This document shows, piece after piece, positions 40,559-51,240 of a stretch of 64,000 nucleotides of DNA. The notes below the pieces were generated by a model, which was not told where the DNA came from, searched no databases, and saw only the letters and a program-made list of their open reading frames with translations. Each line of letters begins with the position of its first letter. The stretch's first letter is position 1. The stretch spans positions 23,831-87,830 of the forward strand of contig JBHLLU010000013.1 in NCBI GenBank assembly GCA_048938895.1, read 5' to 3'. The translations under genes and the position numbers were made by a program. This stretch comes from Promethearchaeota archaeon. Its GTDB lineage: Archaea > Asgardarchaeota > Lokiarchaeia > Sigyniarchaeales > SOKP01.

Positions 40559-41707
40559 TTAAATCTTAATTTTTGATAAATTGTTGAACAAATTTTCTTC
40601 CTTAGAGAGAATATTGAGGGATATTTGCTGTAATTCGATTAAATCCACATGGTTCAAGCAATCGTCTTTATATTCATCTACTGTGTTCTTAAAAATTTGT
40701 GCTAGTGATGTCCAATTTTTAGTTAAATCCTTAATAATAGGAATACAATCTTCAAGAATCTTGAACTCAACACTGGACCATGCTTTTGGACCTTCTTTTA
40801 ACTCTGGATGGGTCAATAATTCTTCAAGATATTCTTTATACAAATTCCTAAAAGACGCGCCCCCAGTTCCCCAAGTTTCAATATAACCATAAAATAATTC
40901 AAACATTAATCTAGCACGTGAGATTACTTTCCCTGTAGGATCTTTTGCATCTCCTTTTAACTTTTCTTCCCAATGCGGTATTGAAGATGCGAACAATTTT
41001 AAACCTTGTATCCCATTATTGTTTACTGAGGGACGCAGCATGTTGTTTACTACTTTTTGGATTGCAACCTTAACAGCAGCAGCCAGAGGTGGATGTTTTC
41101 CGTCTAGTCTTCTTTTCATGGAAAACTGAGCATTGTTTGGGAGCATAAATTTAGGTCCGTAATCGGAACTTCGACCTCTCTTTAGTTGTTCAATCGAAAT
41201 CTCCTGAAATCCATTATATTCAGTATCTCCAACATAAGCTATTCCTTTTTCTTCATCATAGCCTGCTAAAGTTATTGCATGGCCACCAAAATGAACTTCT
41301 CCTTCTTCTTCAAAATATGATAAATAGCCTAAATCAATCTGGAGAATTAATGGTATATCTTGATTAATTAATTTTTTTGACTCTTCCCATGCTTTATTAG
41401 GATTACTGAATGATTGCTTCCTCAGAGAAATCCCTAGCAACCTACAGGCCAAACTATTTGGCTCTATGCTTCCCTGTTTGCCACCAAGAAAATAAGGCAC
41501 ATCTGATTCAGGTATAAAAGATACACTATTTGTGGTGTCGAAAAAACCGAATCCCATTGTAGCATCTAACCCAAAAGCCATGGCTTCTGACATAGGAAAT
41601 CCATAATATTCAAAAAGGTCTCTCATGGAAGATGATTCACAATGATATCCTACCCTATGCACAAAATTCTTTATCATATAATTATTGCTTAATTTTATCT
41701 CCTCCAT
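40559..41707 (-). CDS. BtrH N-terminal/DUF4872-type papain-like protein
   Basis: GYHCESS (Cys), HFGGHAITLAGYD (His), GTGGASFRNLY. Confidence 0.8.
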   Translation of the reverse strand: MEEIKLSNNYMIKNFVHRVGYHCESSSMRDLFEYYGFPMSEAMAFGLDATMGFGFFDTTNSVSFIPESDVPYFLGGKQGSIEPNSLACRLLGISLRKQSFSNPNKAWEESKKLINQDIPLILQIDLGYLSYFEEEGEVHFGGHAITLAGYDEEKGIAYVGDTEYNGFQEISIEQLKRGRSSDYGPKFMLPNNAQFSMKRRLDGKHPPLAAAVKVAIQKVVNNMLRPSVNNNGIQGLKLFASSIPHWEEKLKGDAKDPTGKVISRARLMFELFYGYIETWGTGGASFRNLYKEYLEELLTHPELKEGPKAWSSVEFKILEDCIPIIKDLTKNWTSLAQIFKNTVDEYKDDCLNHVDLIELQQISLNILSKEENLFNNLSKIKI

Positions 41708-42248
41708 TACTAATTTCGTCTAACACCCAATTTAAAAACTCTATATCTGTTGCTAGGATACGAATTGGATGGACAAACAAACCTCTTACATTTAATGGCA
41801 TTTCTGAATTCTCTTCAAGCATTTCCTCCAGTTCTTTTTTATGCTGTGTAATTTTCTTTAGAGAGTTAGTAATTGCTTCAATTAGTTGCTCACGACTCAG
41901 GATTGGAAGTATTGAAAACGCCACATAGAAGTTCTCATCATCTCTTCCTATAAAATCGTTAATTACATCATAAGTCTTTCTTTTTAAGATTTGATTACCA
42001 AGATTCGTGACTTTATATACCTTTCGGATCCGATTATCAACTTCCTCTCGGTAAGATTCCACTAATCCGTTCTCTTCTAGGTTATTTAAGTCACTATAGA
42101 TTGATGACTTTCCAATGCTAGTCCAAGCTCGCATACCTCGTTCATCAATCCTTTGATCAATACTATAGGCATGGCTGGGGTATTCTGATATCAATCCTAA
42201 TACTACAAATTCCCTGTGGTTCAATTCATATCCGCTATCTGAAGTCAT
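41682..42248 (-). CDS. PadR-family regulator
   Basis: VLGLISEYPSHAYSI, SSIYSDL, RKVYKVTNLG. Confidence 0.9.
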   Translation of the reverse strand: MTSDSGYELNHREFVVLGLISEYPSHAYSIDQRIDERGMRAWTSIGKSSIYSDLNNLEENGLVESYREEVDNRIRKVYKVTNLGNQILKRKTYDVINDFIGRDDENFYVAFSILPILSREQLIEAITNSLKKITQHKKELEEMLEENSEMPLNVRGLFVHPIRILATDIEFLNWVLDEISNGGDKIKQ

Positions 42249-42440
42249 TTTAATGTTCTGAATAAATAATATTATATTTAAAGAATATTATTAATCAAGA
42301 ATATATAAATATTTGTATTAAAAAAAAGATTAACTATTACATAAAGTAAAAGAAGAATGCACAGGATGCTGAATATGCCAATGAATTAGTTCTACAATTT
42401 ATGAATTAAATTTAGAGAAGTATATTTAGGTGTTAAGTAT

Positions 42441-42770
42441 ATGGATATGAAAGAAATTTTAAAGATTTGTCGATTAACAGAGGAAGAAATGAAAGAACAC
42501 TTACGATTAACAAAAGATATAAATCATAAAGAGGATCATAAACGAGCTTATCGAACTATGATGAATCCAATAAGAAGAGGATTGTTAAAATTCATAGGAA
42601 CTGATATAAGAACAATTGAACAGATACAGGATAATTTTCAAGATATTGAACAAATTAATTATCATCTAACAATGTTAGAACAATTATTTTACGTTATGAA
42701 TACAAAAACGGGTTGGAAGGCCACTCCCAGAGGCATAGGGTTCTTACATAACGTTCTTTTGGGAGAGTAG
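42441..42770 (+). CDS. Small wHTH-like protein
   Basis: NPIRRGLL, INYHLTMLEQ, WKATPRG. Confidence 0.7.
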   Translation: MDMKEILKICRLTEEEMKEHLRLTKDINHKEDHKRAYRTMMNPIRRGLLKFIGTDIRTIEQIQDNFQDIEQINYHLTMLEQLFYVMNTKTGWKATPRGIGFLHNVLLGE

Positions 42771-42831
42771 AATAAGAATTAGTTGTATAATTAAATAAAG
42801 TATAAAAAAGTATTAAAAAACCTAGGTCTTC

Positions 42832-44679
42832 TTATGTAGAATTTAAAACTTCAAACTGACTATTATATAATTCGGCATAATATCCATTTAGGTCCATCAA
42901 TTCTTTATGAGTACCGTGCTCCACGATCTCTCCATCCCGAATAGCAAGGATCATGTCAGCATTTCGAATAGTGGAAAGGCGATGAGCAATGACAAAACTA
43001 GTTCTATTCTGCATTAATGCATCCATGGCATTCTGAATGAGGATTTCCGTATGTGTATCCACAGAACTGGTAGCTTCGTCGAGGATGAGAATTGGTGGAT
43101 CAGCAAGAACAGCGCGTGCGATGGTTAGTAATTGCATTTGACCTTGAGAGATATTTCCGATCTCTTCATTAATCGTCATATTATAACCATCAGGTAAGGT
43201 TTTGACAAAGTGATCAACATTAGCGATACGTGCAGCAGCATACACTTCTTCGTCTGTAGCATCTTGATTACTAAAGCGGATGTTATTCAAAATAGAAGTA
43301 TTGTAAAGCCACGTATCTTGAAGCACCATTCCAAACATTTGACGTAATTCTTTGCGGGTCATTTCTCGAACGTCATAACCATCAACCAAAATTGATCCAC
43401 TATTTAATTCATAGAATCGCATAAGTAATTTAACCAAGGTTGTCTTCCCTGCTCCTGTTGGACCCACAATTGCCACTTTTTGACCTGGTTGAGCAATTAA
43501 AGAGAAGTTATGAACTACGATCTTATCTGGGCTATATCCGAAAGTCACATTACGGAATTCTACCAAACCTTTAACTTGCCCCAAATCAATAGGATTGGAT
43601 ATTTCAATAGTTTCCTCTTCTTCATCGAGAAATTTAAATACACGTTCTGCTGCTGCAGCAGTTTGCTGGAGAACATTTGTAACATTAGCAAGTTGGCTGA
43701 GAGGTTGAGTAAATGAACGGATATATTGGATAAATGCTTGAATATCCCCCACAGTTATAATGTTCTGGATTGCTAGCCACGCACCAAGAATAGTAACACC
43801 AACATATCCCAAATTGCTGATGAAAAACATAATTGGCATCATCATACCAGAGTAAAAATTGGCTTTCCAGGATCCTTTATACCAACGATTATTTAATCCT
43901 TTTAATTTTTCAATACTTTTTGCCTCTCCACTGAAAGATTTTACCTCAATATGACCACCATACATCTCTTCTACATGTCCATTAACATGCCCTAAATAGT
44001 CTTGCTGTTGTTTAAAATACTTCTGTGATCTACCGATGATAACGCTAATTAGTAACATTGATAGTGGAAGCATTGCAAGTGCTACTAAAGTCATAATCCA
44101 ACTTATCGTAAACATCATAAACAAGATACCGACAACCGATACTACTGAGGTAATAATTTGGGTGAGACTTAGACTCAATGTTTGATTGATTGTGTCCACG
44201 TCATTAGTAATACGAGAAAGAACTTCCCCATGAGTTGTTCTATCAAAATATTTAAGTGGCAAACGATTAATTTTTTCTGAAATGTCTCGACGGAATCGGT
44301 AAGCAACATTAGTTGAAACATTTGCCATAATCCAACCTTGGATTAAACCAAATACAGCTGAAATAATGTAGATTAGTAGTACCTCTAATATGATTCTACC
44401 AATGCGAACAAAATTAATCTCCCCAGTACCGTTAATCTTTGCTATCAAACCATTAATCAAAGTTGTTGTGGCAGTTCCTAGTATCTTTGGACCTACAATC
44501 ATTGCTGTGGTAGACGCAGCGGCAAAAATAAAGACCAATAATACTAACCATTTATATCTTCCCATATAGCGAAATAATTTTCCCATAGTCCCACGAAAAT
44601 CGGTTGCTTTTTCGCGAACCCCAAATCTAGATCCTGGTGGACCATGTCCACTCATGGGACCTCCAGATCGTTGCATCAT
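42832..44679 (-). CDS. Heterodimeric ABC exporter subunit (TMD+NBD)
   Basis: GPTGAGKTT, ISQGQ, LDEATS, AHRLST. Confidence 0.95.
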   Translation of the reverse strand: MMQRSGGPMSGHGPPGSRFGVREKATDFRGTMGKLFRYMGRYKWLVLLVFIFAAASTTAMIVGPKILGTATTTLINGLIAKINGTGEINFVRIGRIILEVLLIYIISAVFGLIQGWIMANVSTNVAYRFRRDISEKINRLPLKYFDRTTHGEVLSRITNDVDTINQTLSLSLTQIITSVVSVVGILFMMFTISWIMTLVALAMLPLSMLLISVIIGRSQKYFKQQQDYLGHVNGHVEEMYGGHIEVKSFSGEAKSIEKLKGLNNRWYKGSWKANFYSGMMMPIMFFISNLGYVGVTILGAWLAIQNIITVGDIQAFIQYIRSFTQPLSQLANVTNVLQQTAAAAERVFKFLDEEEETIEISNPIDLGQVKGLVEFRNVTFGYSPDKIVVHNFSLIAQPGQKVAIVGPTGAGKTTLVKLLMRFYELNSGSILVDGYDVREMTRKELRQMFGMVLQDTWLYNTSILNNIRFSNQDATDEEVYAAARIANVDHFVKTLPDGYNMTINEEIGNISQGQMQLLTIARAVLADPPILILDEATSSVDTHTEILIQNAMDALMQNRTSFVIAHRLSTIRNADMILAIRDGEIVEHGTHKELMDLNGYYAELYNSQFEVLNST

Positions 44680-46907
44680 AATGATTCCTCCAATTCAAGT
44701 TGTGAAATGGCTATTTCCCTATATATAGCACATTCTTCCATGAGTTTATCATGTTTACCCTTCCCAACAATCTTTCCCTCATCTAAAACAATGATCTGAT
44801 CAGCATCTTTAATAGTAGATACCCTTTGTGTCACTATAAGCACTGTACTTGCTGATATAGATTTTCGAAGTGCCTTTCTCAAAGCAATATCAGTTTTAAA
44901 ATCCAAATTGGAAAAACTATCGTCTAATATGTTAATTGGAGCCTTTTTGACTAACGCTCGAGCGATCGAAAGGCGTTGTTTTTGTCCCCCAGATACATTC
45001 TTACCACCTTGGGCAATTTCAGTAGCCATCCCCTCAGGCTTGGAAGTTACAAATTCAGTTGCTTGAGCAGTCTCTATCGATAATTCAAGATCATCTTCAC
45101 TCGCGTTTTCATCTGCAAATAAGAGATTACTTGCAATTGTTCCAGAAAATAACACGCTTTTTTGAGGTACGTAGCCAATCTTATCATGCAGTTCTTGTTG
45201 ATTGACTTCACGTATGTCTACCCCATCGATTAATATCGATCCCGATGTAACCTCATATAAACGAGGGATCAAGTTAACAAGTGTAGATTTACCAGACCCA
45301 GTGGGTCCAATAAGAGCCGTGAATTGACCAGCATGAGCGGTAAATGATACATTATGCAAAGCATTCTCTGGTGCTCCAGCATATCGGAAAGAAACATTTC
45401 GAAATTCAATGCTTCCTTTAAATGGTTCATTAAAATGTCTTGGATTCATGGGATTTTGGATCATTACATCTACTTTTAAAACCTCAGCAATACGATTTAG
45501 AGATACAGAAGCTCGAGGCAACATAATAAACATTAACGATAGCATAAGGAAGGAAAAAAATACCTGTATAGCATATTGCATAAAGGCAATCATATCACCG
45601 ACTTGTAGATTTGCACTAGCTACTCCATGTGATCCCGCCCATATGACTATAATCACGATAATGTTCATTAGCAGCATCATCACTGGCATCATTATCACCA
45701 TAACCCGGTTTATAAACAGGGAAACCTTAGTAAGATCAATATTTGCTTTATTAAATCGACGCTCCTGAAATTCTTGTTTATTAAACGCCCGTACTACCAT
45801 TATTCCCGTCAGACTCTCTCGGGCTACGAGGTTAAGTCGATCTATTAAATCTTGCATTCTCTTGAACTTCGGGAGGGCTACATAAAACACAAAGAGGATA
45901 AGACTAAGTAATATCCCTACTGCCATTGCTAATATCCACCACATCGTCGGGGCTAATTCAAGGGCATGAAGTATCCCCCCAATCGCTAAAATTGGAGCAT
46001 AAAAAACCAGACGAATGATCATCATTATCGCCATTTGAACTTGAGTTATGTCATTCGTTGAGCGTGTGATTAAAGATGCGGTGGAAAAAGTATCAAATTC
46101 AGTACTCGAAAAGTTCTCGACTTTCTCAAATATATCCCGACGCATATCACGGGCCATTCCTGTACCAACTTTGGCAGCCAGATAACCTACTCCAATCGTA
46201 CATATCATTGATAATATTGTTAGAAGGAGCATCAAACCTCCGTAGTAGAACATATAATTAAGTTGCATTTGATCTACATTAATGCCGAGGGTTTCATATT
46301 CCACTCTTACAACTTGGATTGCTGCTTGTATAATCATGGTTTCCCCGAGGGCACTAAACCTTGAGTTAACAAAAGCAATAATCGCTACTGTTGAAGATGG
46401 TTGCGCTTTAAGATACTCAAATAAATCTGTGCCATTTGGAAGACTTAATCCTAATTGTGTATTTACAAAAATTCGCAAAGTGTCATTCACCATTAATAAA
46501 TCGACAAAGGATACCGTTAAGAAGGCTCTAGCCATAATTGGGTTTAAATGTGCTATTGTACCCTTATGTTTATCAGTCAATACATAGATAGACTGATTGA
46601 AAAGAGCTGGATATTTTTTAATATATTTATCTGCTTCTGAAGTTCCATTGTGAACCAATGTATAAGCACTAAGCACATCCGTCTGATTCTCTGGAGTAAG
46701 AAATATTAAGGTCCGATTCATCTCGATTTCCCTTATTGCCTTCGGCACTGCGTTATCTATTCCTTTTTGTTGAATACCTACGTTAACGATCTTAGCGAGA
46801 TAATCTGGCAATGTTAAGTTAAAATTTGCTTGTGCAAATAACAATCCAATAGAAATACCAATCATTATAAGATAAGGCTTTGAATACTTAATCATTCTAA
46901 CTTTCAT
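44676..46907 (-). CDS. Heterodimeric ABC exporter subunit with degenerate site and extracellular insert
   Basis: GPTGSGKST, SGGQKQR, LDDSFS, TQRVST. Confidence 0.95.
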   Translation of the reverse strand: MKVRMIKYSKPYLIMIGISIGLLFAQANFNLTLPDYLAKIVNVGIQQKGIDNAVPKAIREIEMNRTLIFLTPENQTDVLSAYTLVHNGTSEADKYIKKYPALFNQSIYVLTDKHKGTIAHLNPIMARAFLTVSFVDLLMVNDTLRIFVNTQLGLSLPNGTDLFEYLKAQPSSTVAIIAFVNSRFSALGETMIIQAAIQVVRVEYETLGINVDQMQLNYMFYYGGLMLLLTILSMICTIGVGYLAAKVGTGMARDMRRDIFEKVENFSSTEFDTFSTASLITRSTNDITQVQMAIMMIIRLVFYAPILAIGGILHALELAPTMWWILAMAVGILLSLILFVFYVALPKFKRMQDLIDRLNLVARESLTGIMVVRAFNKQEFQERRFNKANIDLTKVSLFINRVMVIMMPVMMLLMNIIVIIVIWAGSHGVASANLQVGDMIAFMQYAIQVFFSFLMLSLMFIMLPRASVSLNRIAEVLKVDVMIQNPMNPRHFNEPFKGSIEFRNVSFRYAGAPENALHNVSFTAHAGQFTALIGPTGSGKSTLVNLIPRLYEVTSGSILIDGVDIREVNQQELHDKIGYVPQKSVLFSGTIASNLLFADENASEDDLELSIETAQATEFVTSKPEGMATEIAQGGKNVSGGQKQRLSIARALVKKAPINILDDSFSNLDFKTDIALRKALRKSISASTVLIVTQRVSTIKDADQIIVLDEGKIVGKGKHDKLMEECAIYREIAISQLELEESL

Positions 46908-47209
46908 TGTAAAATCTCCAATACTCTATTTCTATAGGAAAAGAATTTTCTTTCAAAATATTTTGACCTACTATAAAATTTTCCAAATATAATATAATCC
47001 CCTAAAAACCTAATTGTAAAATAAAAAAGATGTTAAACAAATAAAATTACTCATATAAAACATATTTTTCATACAAATTGGTAAAATTGTAGCCATAAAT
47101 TATGTATAATTAAATATTGGCATATCTTTGAGTGTATAAATTTAATGTTTATAATTTTTAGATTCATCATTTGAAAATAACTTAAAGCAATCCCATCTAT
47201 TGATCTAAT

Positions 47210-48634
47210 ATGCAACTAGAAACAGAAAGAACACTAACCTTATTAGCTGAAAAAGCTAATCTATCGGAAGGAAGTGAAGGAGTAAGATCGATTTTATTAA
47301 CCATGTTTCGCTTCCCCTCTCTTAAAAACAAGAAAGTATCCCAAAAAACAGGAATAGCCATCCCCACCCTTGCCGCTCTCAGAAATGAATTGGTTAAAGC
47401 TGGTATTATTGAAAAGAAAAACTATCTTGGTGAACATGGAAGAGAATGGGTAAAATCAAATTTGAATTTAAAATTTGAATATGATCCTCTGCCAGAAAAC
47501 TTTGATAATACTATAAGAGAAATACCTGAGGAATTTTCTTATTTGTATGAAATGAAGAGTTTTCTTGAAAATCGACCCTCTCCAGAATTCGCACTTGATC
47601 AATCTCATGCGGATTTCTCAACAGTACTTAAGAAAACATTGTATTTACTGAAAAAAGGAGACATTGAGGGAAGACGACTTATTTTCTTAGGGGATGATGA
47701 TTTCATTTCTTTGGCGGTTGGAATGACAAAGTTAGCAAATGAAATTACAGTAGTTGATATAGACGATAGAATTTTAAATTTTCTTTCTAAAACCGCTAGG
47801 AAACTTTCTTTAAATAATTTCAAGGTTACCCATCATGATTTAAGAGACCCTATCCCTAAAAGTATCGCTAATAAATATGATGTAGTTGTAATGGATCCAC
47901 CATATACTAATGAAGGTTTAAGACTATACTTGAAAGGAGCAAAACAAACATTAAAATCAGGTATTAACGTGGATGGTAAAAACTATTCTGTTGTCGGCAA
48001 AAAATGTGTTCTTAGTTTTGGAAATAAACCTCCAAATGAAATGCAGAATTTAGAGTTTTCTATATTAGATCATGGTTTTATAATAACTGAAATGCTCCCT
48101 GATTTCAATCATTATAAGGGTGCGAGCATTATAGGACAATTTTCTCATCTCTATTACCTACAAACTGTAGCAGAACCACAAAATAAATATAAGATTAGCT
48201 TCCTTACTGGCCCAATTTACACTTCAGAAGTAAAGAAGAGAAATAAACCCCCATTCGTTCCTGTTGGGTTTCATTTTATTGGTGAATTACGCTTTTCAGA
48301 ACAAAATTCACTTTTAAACAATGATTTTGTTCAAGAAATATTCATAAATTCCCTTTTATCAGCAAATTTAACAATCATTGATATTTATCAGCATAAATAT
48401 CAACCATTTGGTTATAGTGCTATTGCAGTATTACAAACTAGCCATGCAGCGATTCATACTTGGCCAGAACATGGTTATATTAGCATAGATATTTTTATTT
48501 GTGATGAATTTACAAAAGGATTACATGTTATTCGTCATTTAAAAGAGAAATTCCAACCTGAGAAAGCTGAATTTTTTTATATAGAGCGCGGCAATGAATC
48601 AATGATGGTATACAAACCAGTTGATTTAGGATAA
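47210..48634 (+). CDS. Fusion: BpsA-like branched-chain polyamine synthase plus pyruvoyl S-adenosylmethionine decarboxylase
   Basis: RP..LDQ, FLGDDDFIS, VDIDDRIL, HDLR, DPPYT (BpsA); QPFGYS..TSHAAIHTWPE.GY..IDIFIC (SpeD/SpeH). Confidence 0.85.
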   Translation: MQLETERTLTLLAEKANLSEGSEGVRSILLTMFRFPSLKNKKVSQKTGIAIPTLAALRNELVKAGIIEKKNYLGEHGREWVKSNLNLKFEYDPLPENFDNTIREIPEEFSYLYEMKSFLENRPSPEFALDQSHADFSTVLKKTLYLLKKGDIEGRRLIFLGDDDFISLAVGMTKLANEITVVDIDDRILNFLSKTARKLSLNNFKVTHHDLRDPIPKSIANKYDVVVMDPPYTNEGLRLYLKGAKQTLKSGINVDGKNYSVVGKKCVLSFGNKPPNEMQNLEFSILDHGFIITEMLPDFNHYKGASIIGQFSHLYYLQTVAEPQNKYKISFLTGPIYTSEVKKRNKPPFVPVGFHFIGELRFSEQNSLLNNDFVQEIFINSLLSANLTIIDIYQHKYQPFGYSAIAVLQTSHAAIHTWPEHGYISIDIFICDEFTKGLHVIRHLKEKFQPEKAEFFYIERGNESMMVYKPVDLG

Positions 48635-48675
48635 TTTCATTTTAGCTATAAAATACTCGAATCGAGATAATCTAA

Positions 48676-49377
48676 ATGAAAAAAGAAATAATTGGCATAT
48701 ATTTTGATTGGTTTGGCACACTAGTAGATTCACGTTATACACTAACTAATATTTGGTCGCGAATTGCTAACAAGTTAGGAAAGAACATAACCTCGGATGA
48801 TCCAAGAATATTAGAAGGAATGCAAAAACAGCTAGAGGAATATCGCAATCAAGACAAACTTTACATCAATCTATCAGAAGAGGATTGGTATCCCTTAAAT
48901 AGAATTGTCCTTGATATAATTGGAGTTAAATGCAAAGGATCGAATAAAGTAATAAACGAAGAATTCGAACGAGAGTTTCATAATGGAGAAACATATCGTT
49001 TAAATCCGGGATGTAGAGAGACTCTAAAGGAAATTAAATCGAGAAATATTAAAATTGGGCTACATACCCATGCTTCCCCTGAAGTATGCCGTAAAAAAAT
49101 GAAAAAATGGGAGATTTTAAAATTTTTTGATGTATTTATTCATGCCCAGGATTTTGGTTATAATAAATCACATATAGAATTCTTCCAAATTGCGTTAGGT
49201 GCAATGGCACCAAATGATCCAGATAAAATATTTCACGTCGGAGATGATCTAGAACTTGATGTTAAAATGGCTCAAAAAATAGGAATGATTCCAATTCTTT
49301 TTGATCCTTACAATTTCTATGCTTTAGAGGATGTTAGAGTTATTCGCGAGTTACCAGAGATATTAAAGTTCCTTTAA
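48676..49377 (+). CDS. HAD-superfamily hydrolase
   Basis: FDWFGTLVD, HVGDDLELDV. Confidence 0.9.
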   Translation: MKKEIIGIYFDWFGTLVDSRYTLTNIWSRIANKLGKNITSDDPRILEGMQKQLEEYRNQDKLYINLSEEDWYPLNRIVLDIIGVKCKGSNKVINEEFEREFHNGETYRLNPGCRETLKEIKSRNIKIGLHTHASPEVCRKKMKKWEILKFFDVFIHAQDFGYNKSHIEFFQIALGAMAPNDPDKIFHVGDDLELDVKMAQKIGMIPILFDPYNFYALEDVRVIRELPEILKFL

Positions 49378-49470
49378 AGAGATGAATAAATTATAAATAC
49401 ACCGATATTACCCTCTTTTTAAATTTAAATTTTAAATATATAACATAAACTTAATTCCCAAAATTATATC

Positions 49471-50148
49471 ATGATTAATCAAATTGGGTCTTTAAATGAA
49501 ACCACGCTACATAATGACCTGAAATGGTGGTATAGTAAGTCTAATGATCAGCTTGAACAAAAAATTGGAAATTTCATAATTGATATTGTTAGGGATGACC
49601 TTTTAATAGAGATTCAGACAAAAAATTTTGCAGCAATCAGGAACAAACTTGAAATTCTCTTACAAAATCATAAAGTTAAGTTAGTCCATCCTATAATTCA
49701 AGACAAGTGGATTGTTAACTTAAATACCCAATTGAATAAGATTATCCGTAGAAGGTTATCTCCAAACCATTTTTCTTATATAAGTATCTTTAATGAATTA
49801 ATCAGAATTCCTACAATGATCTTTCATCCTAATTTCACAATTGAATTAGTCCTTGTTCAAATTGAAGAAATTCGTCAACAAAATAGGAATGGGAGTCGGA
49901 AAAGAATAGGTTGGAGCATTTATGATAGAAAACTTGTGAAAGTATTAGAAAGAAAGCATTTTCAATCTCCTAGTGATTTCCTATGTTTCGTTCCTAACAA
50001 TTTAGAGGCACCTTTTACAAATATTGAATTAGCACGATCATTAAAGATGTCTATAAGATTTATTCAAAAAATGAGCTATTGCTTAAGAAAAATGGGAATT
50101 TTCAAGCTTGTAGGAAAAAGAAGTAATTCGTATCTTTATGATCTGTAG
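49471..50148 (+). CDS. PD-(D/E)XK-like hypothetical protein
   Basis: E..LH..LK, IIDIV, IEIQTK. Confidence 0.65.
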   Translation: MINQIGSLNETTLHNDLKWWYSKSNDQLEQKIGNFIIDIVRDDLLIEIQTKNFAAIRNKLEILLQNHKVKLVHPIIQDKWIVNLNTQLNKIIRRRLSPNHFSYISIFNELIRIPTMIFHPNFTIELVLVQIEEIRQQNRNGSRKRIGWSIYDRKLVKVLERKHFQSPSDFLCFVPNNLEAPFTNIELARSLKMSIRFIQKMSYCLRKMGIFKLVGKRSNSYLYDL

Positions 50149-50268
50149 GTTTTTTTAGATTTTATTACACTTAAATGATAAAACAGAAAACATTTAATAT
50201 AACACATATTAAAAAACCATACGAATCATCCATCTAAAAATTATGATTTAAAAATTAGGTGTAGAAAA

Positions 50269-51240
50269 TTGCTTAAAGAAAATGCTTCAACACCAGAAAT
50301 ATGGACTTATCAATTAACTAAAGTCTATGGAAGAGGAGAAACTAGTGTTAGAGCTGTTAATAAGATTGATATATCAATGGAACCTGGAGTTCACGGCTTT
50401 CTAGGACCAAATGGTGCAGGTAAAACCTCAACCATTAATATGTTAATAGGAGCAATTGCAATAACAGGAGGGGAAGCTAAAATAAGAGGGGAAGATGCAG
50501 GATCTATAAGAGCTCGTCGAATAATTGGTTTCTTACCTCAAGATCCAGCATTCTATGATACCATGACAGGTGAACAATATTTAACATATGTAGCCGAATT
50601 AAGTGGTCTTGGGAGAATTGATGCGAAACAAAAAACTCAAGAATTATTGGAAAGTCTAAAACTAACAAACGCTAAAGATAGAAAAATTGAGAAATACTCA
50701 GAAGGAATGAAACAACGGATTGGGATTGCTGCAGCGCTTATACACGATCCCGAGATTCTAATTTTAGATGAACCAACATCGAATTTGGACCCCATAGGGC
50801 GAGCAAATATTATTAAGGATATAAAAGAACTGTCTAAAAAAGCTAGTGTTTTTGTTTCGAGTCATATTCTATCTGAAATCGAACAGATGTGCGAAAAAGT
50901 TACAATGATCAATAAAGGTAAAATAGTAGTAACTGACACTATAAAAAATATTAAAAAAATGCATTCTATTAAAGGTGGGCGTAATATTATAATTTTGGAC
51001 ACTAGTTTGAATGATAAGGTTTTTCCTCAATTACAAAAACAAGATTATATTGAAAATGTTTGGATTGAGGAAAAGGATAAGAAAATACATATATTACCAA
51101 AAAACCTTGAAATGCTTCAAAAGGCAATTCCTAAAATGATTATAGATAATGATGTGATTTTGCGTGAATTTCAACAACCTGAAACATCCCTGCAAGAAAT
51201 TTTTATCGAAATAATGGAAGATGAGGTGAATAATGAATGA
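50269..51240 (+). CDS. ABC-2 ATPase
   Basis: GPNGAGKTS, YSEGMKQR, DEPTSNLD, SSHILSE. Confidence 0.95.
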   Translation: MLKENASTPEIWTYQLTKVYGRGETSVRAVNKIDISMEPGVHGFLGPNGAGKTSTINMLIGAIAITGGEAKIRGEDAGSIRARRIIGFLPQDPAFYDTMTGEQYLTYVAELSGLGRIDAKQKTQELLESLKLTNAKDRKIEKYSEGMKQRIGIAAALIHDPEILILDEPTSNLDPIGRANIIKDIKELSKKASVFVSSHILSEIEQMCEKVTMINKGKIVVTDTIKNIKKMHSIKGGRNIIILDTSLNDKVFPQLQKQDYIENVWIEEKDKKIHILPKNLEMLQKAIPKMIIDNDVILREFQQPETSLQEIFIEIMEDEVNNE

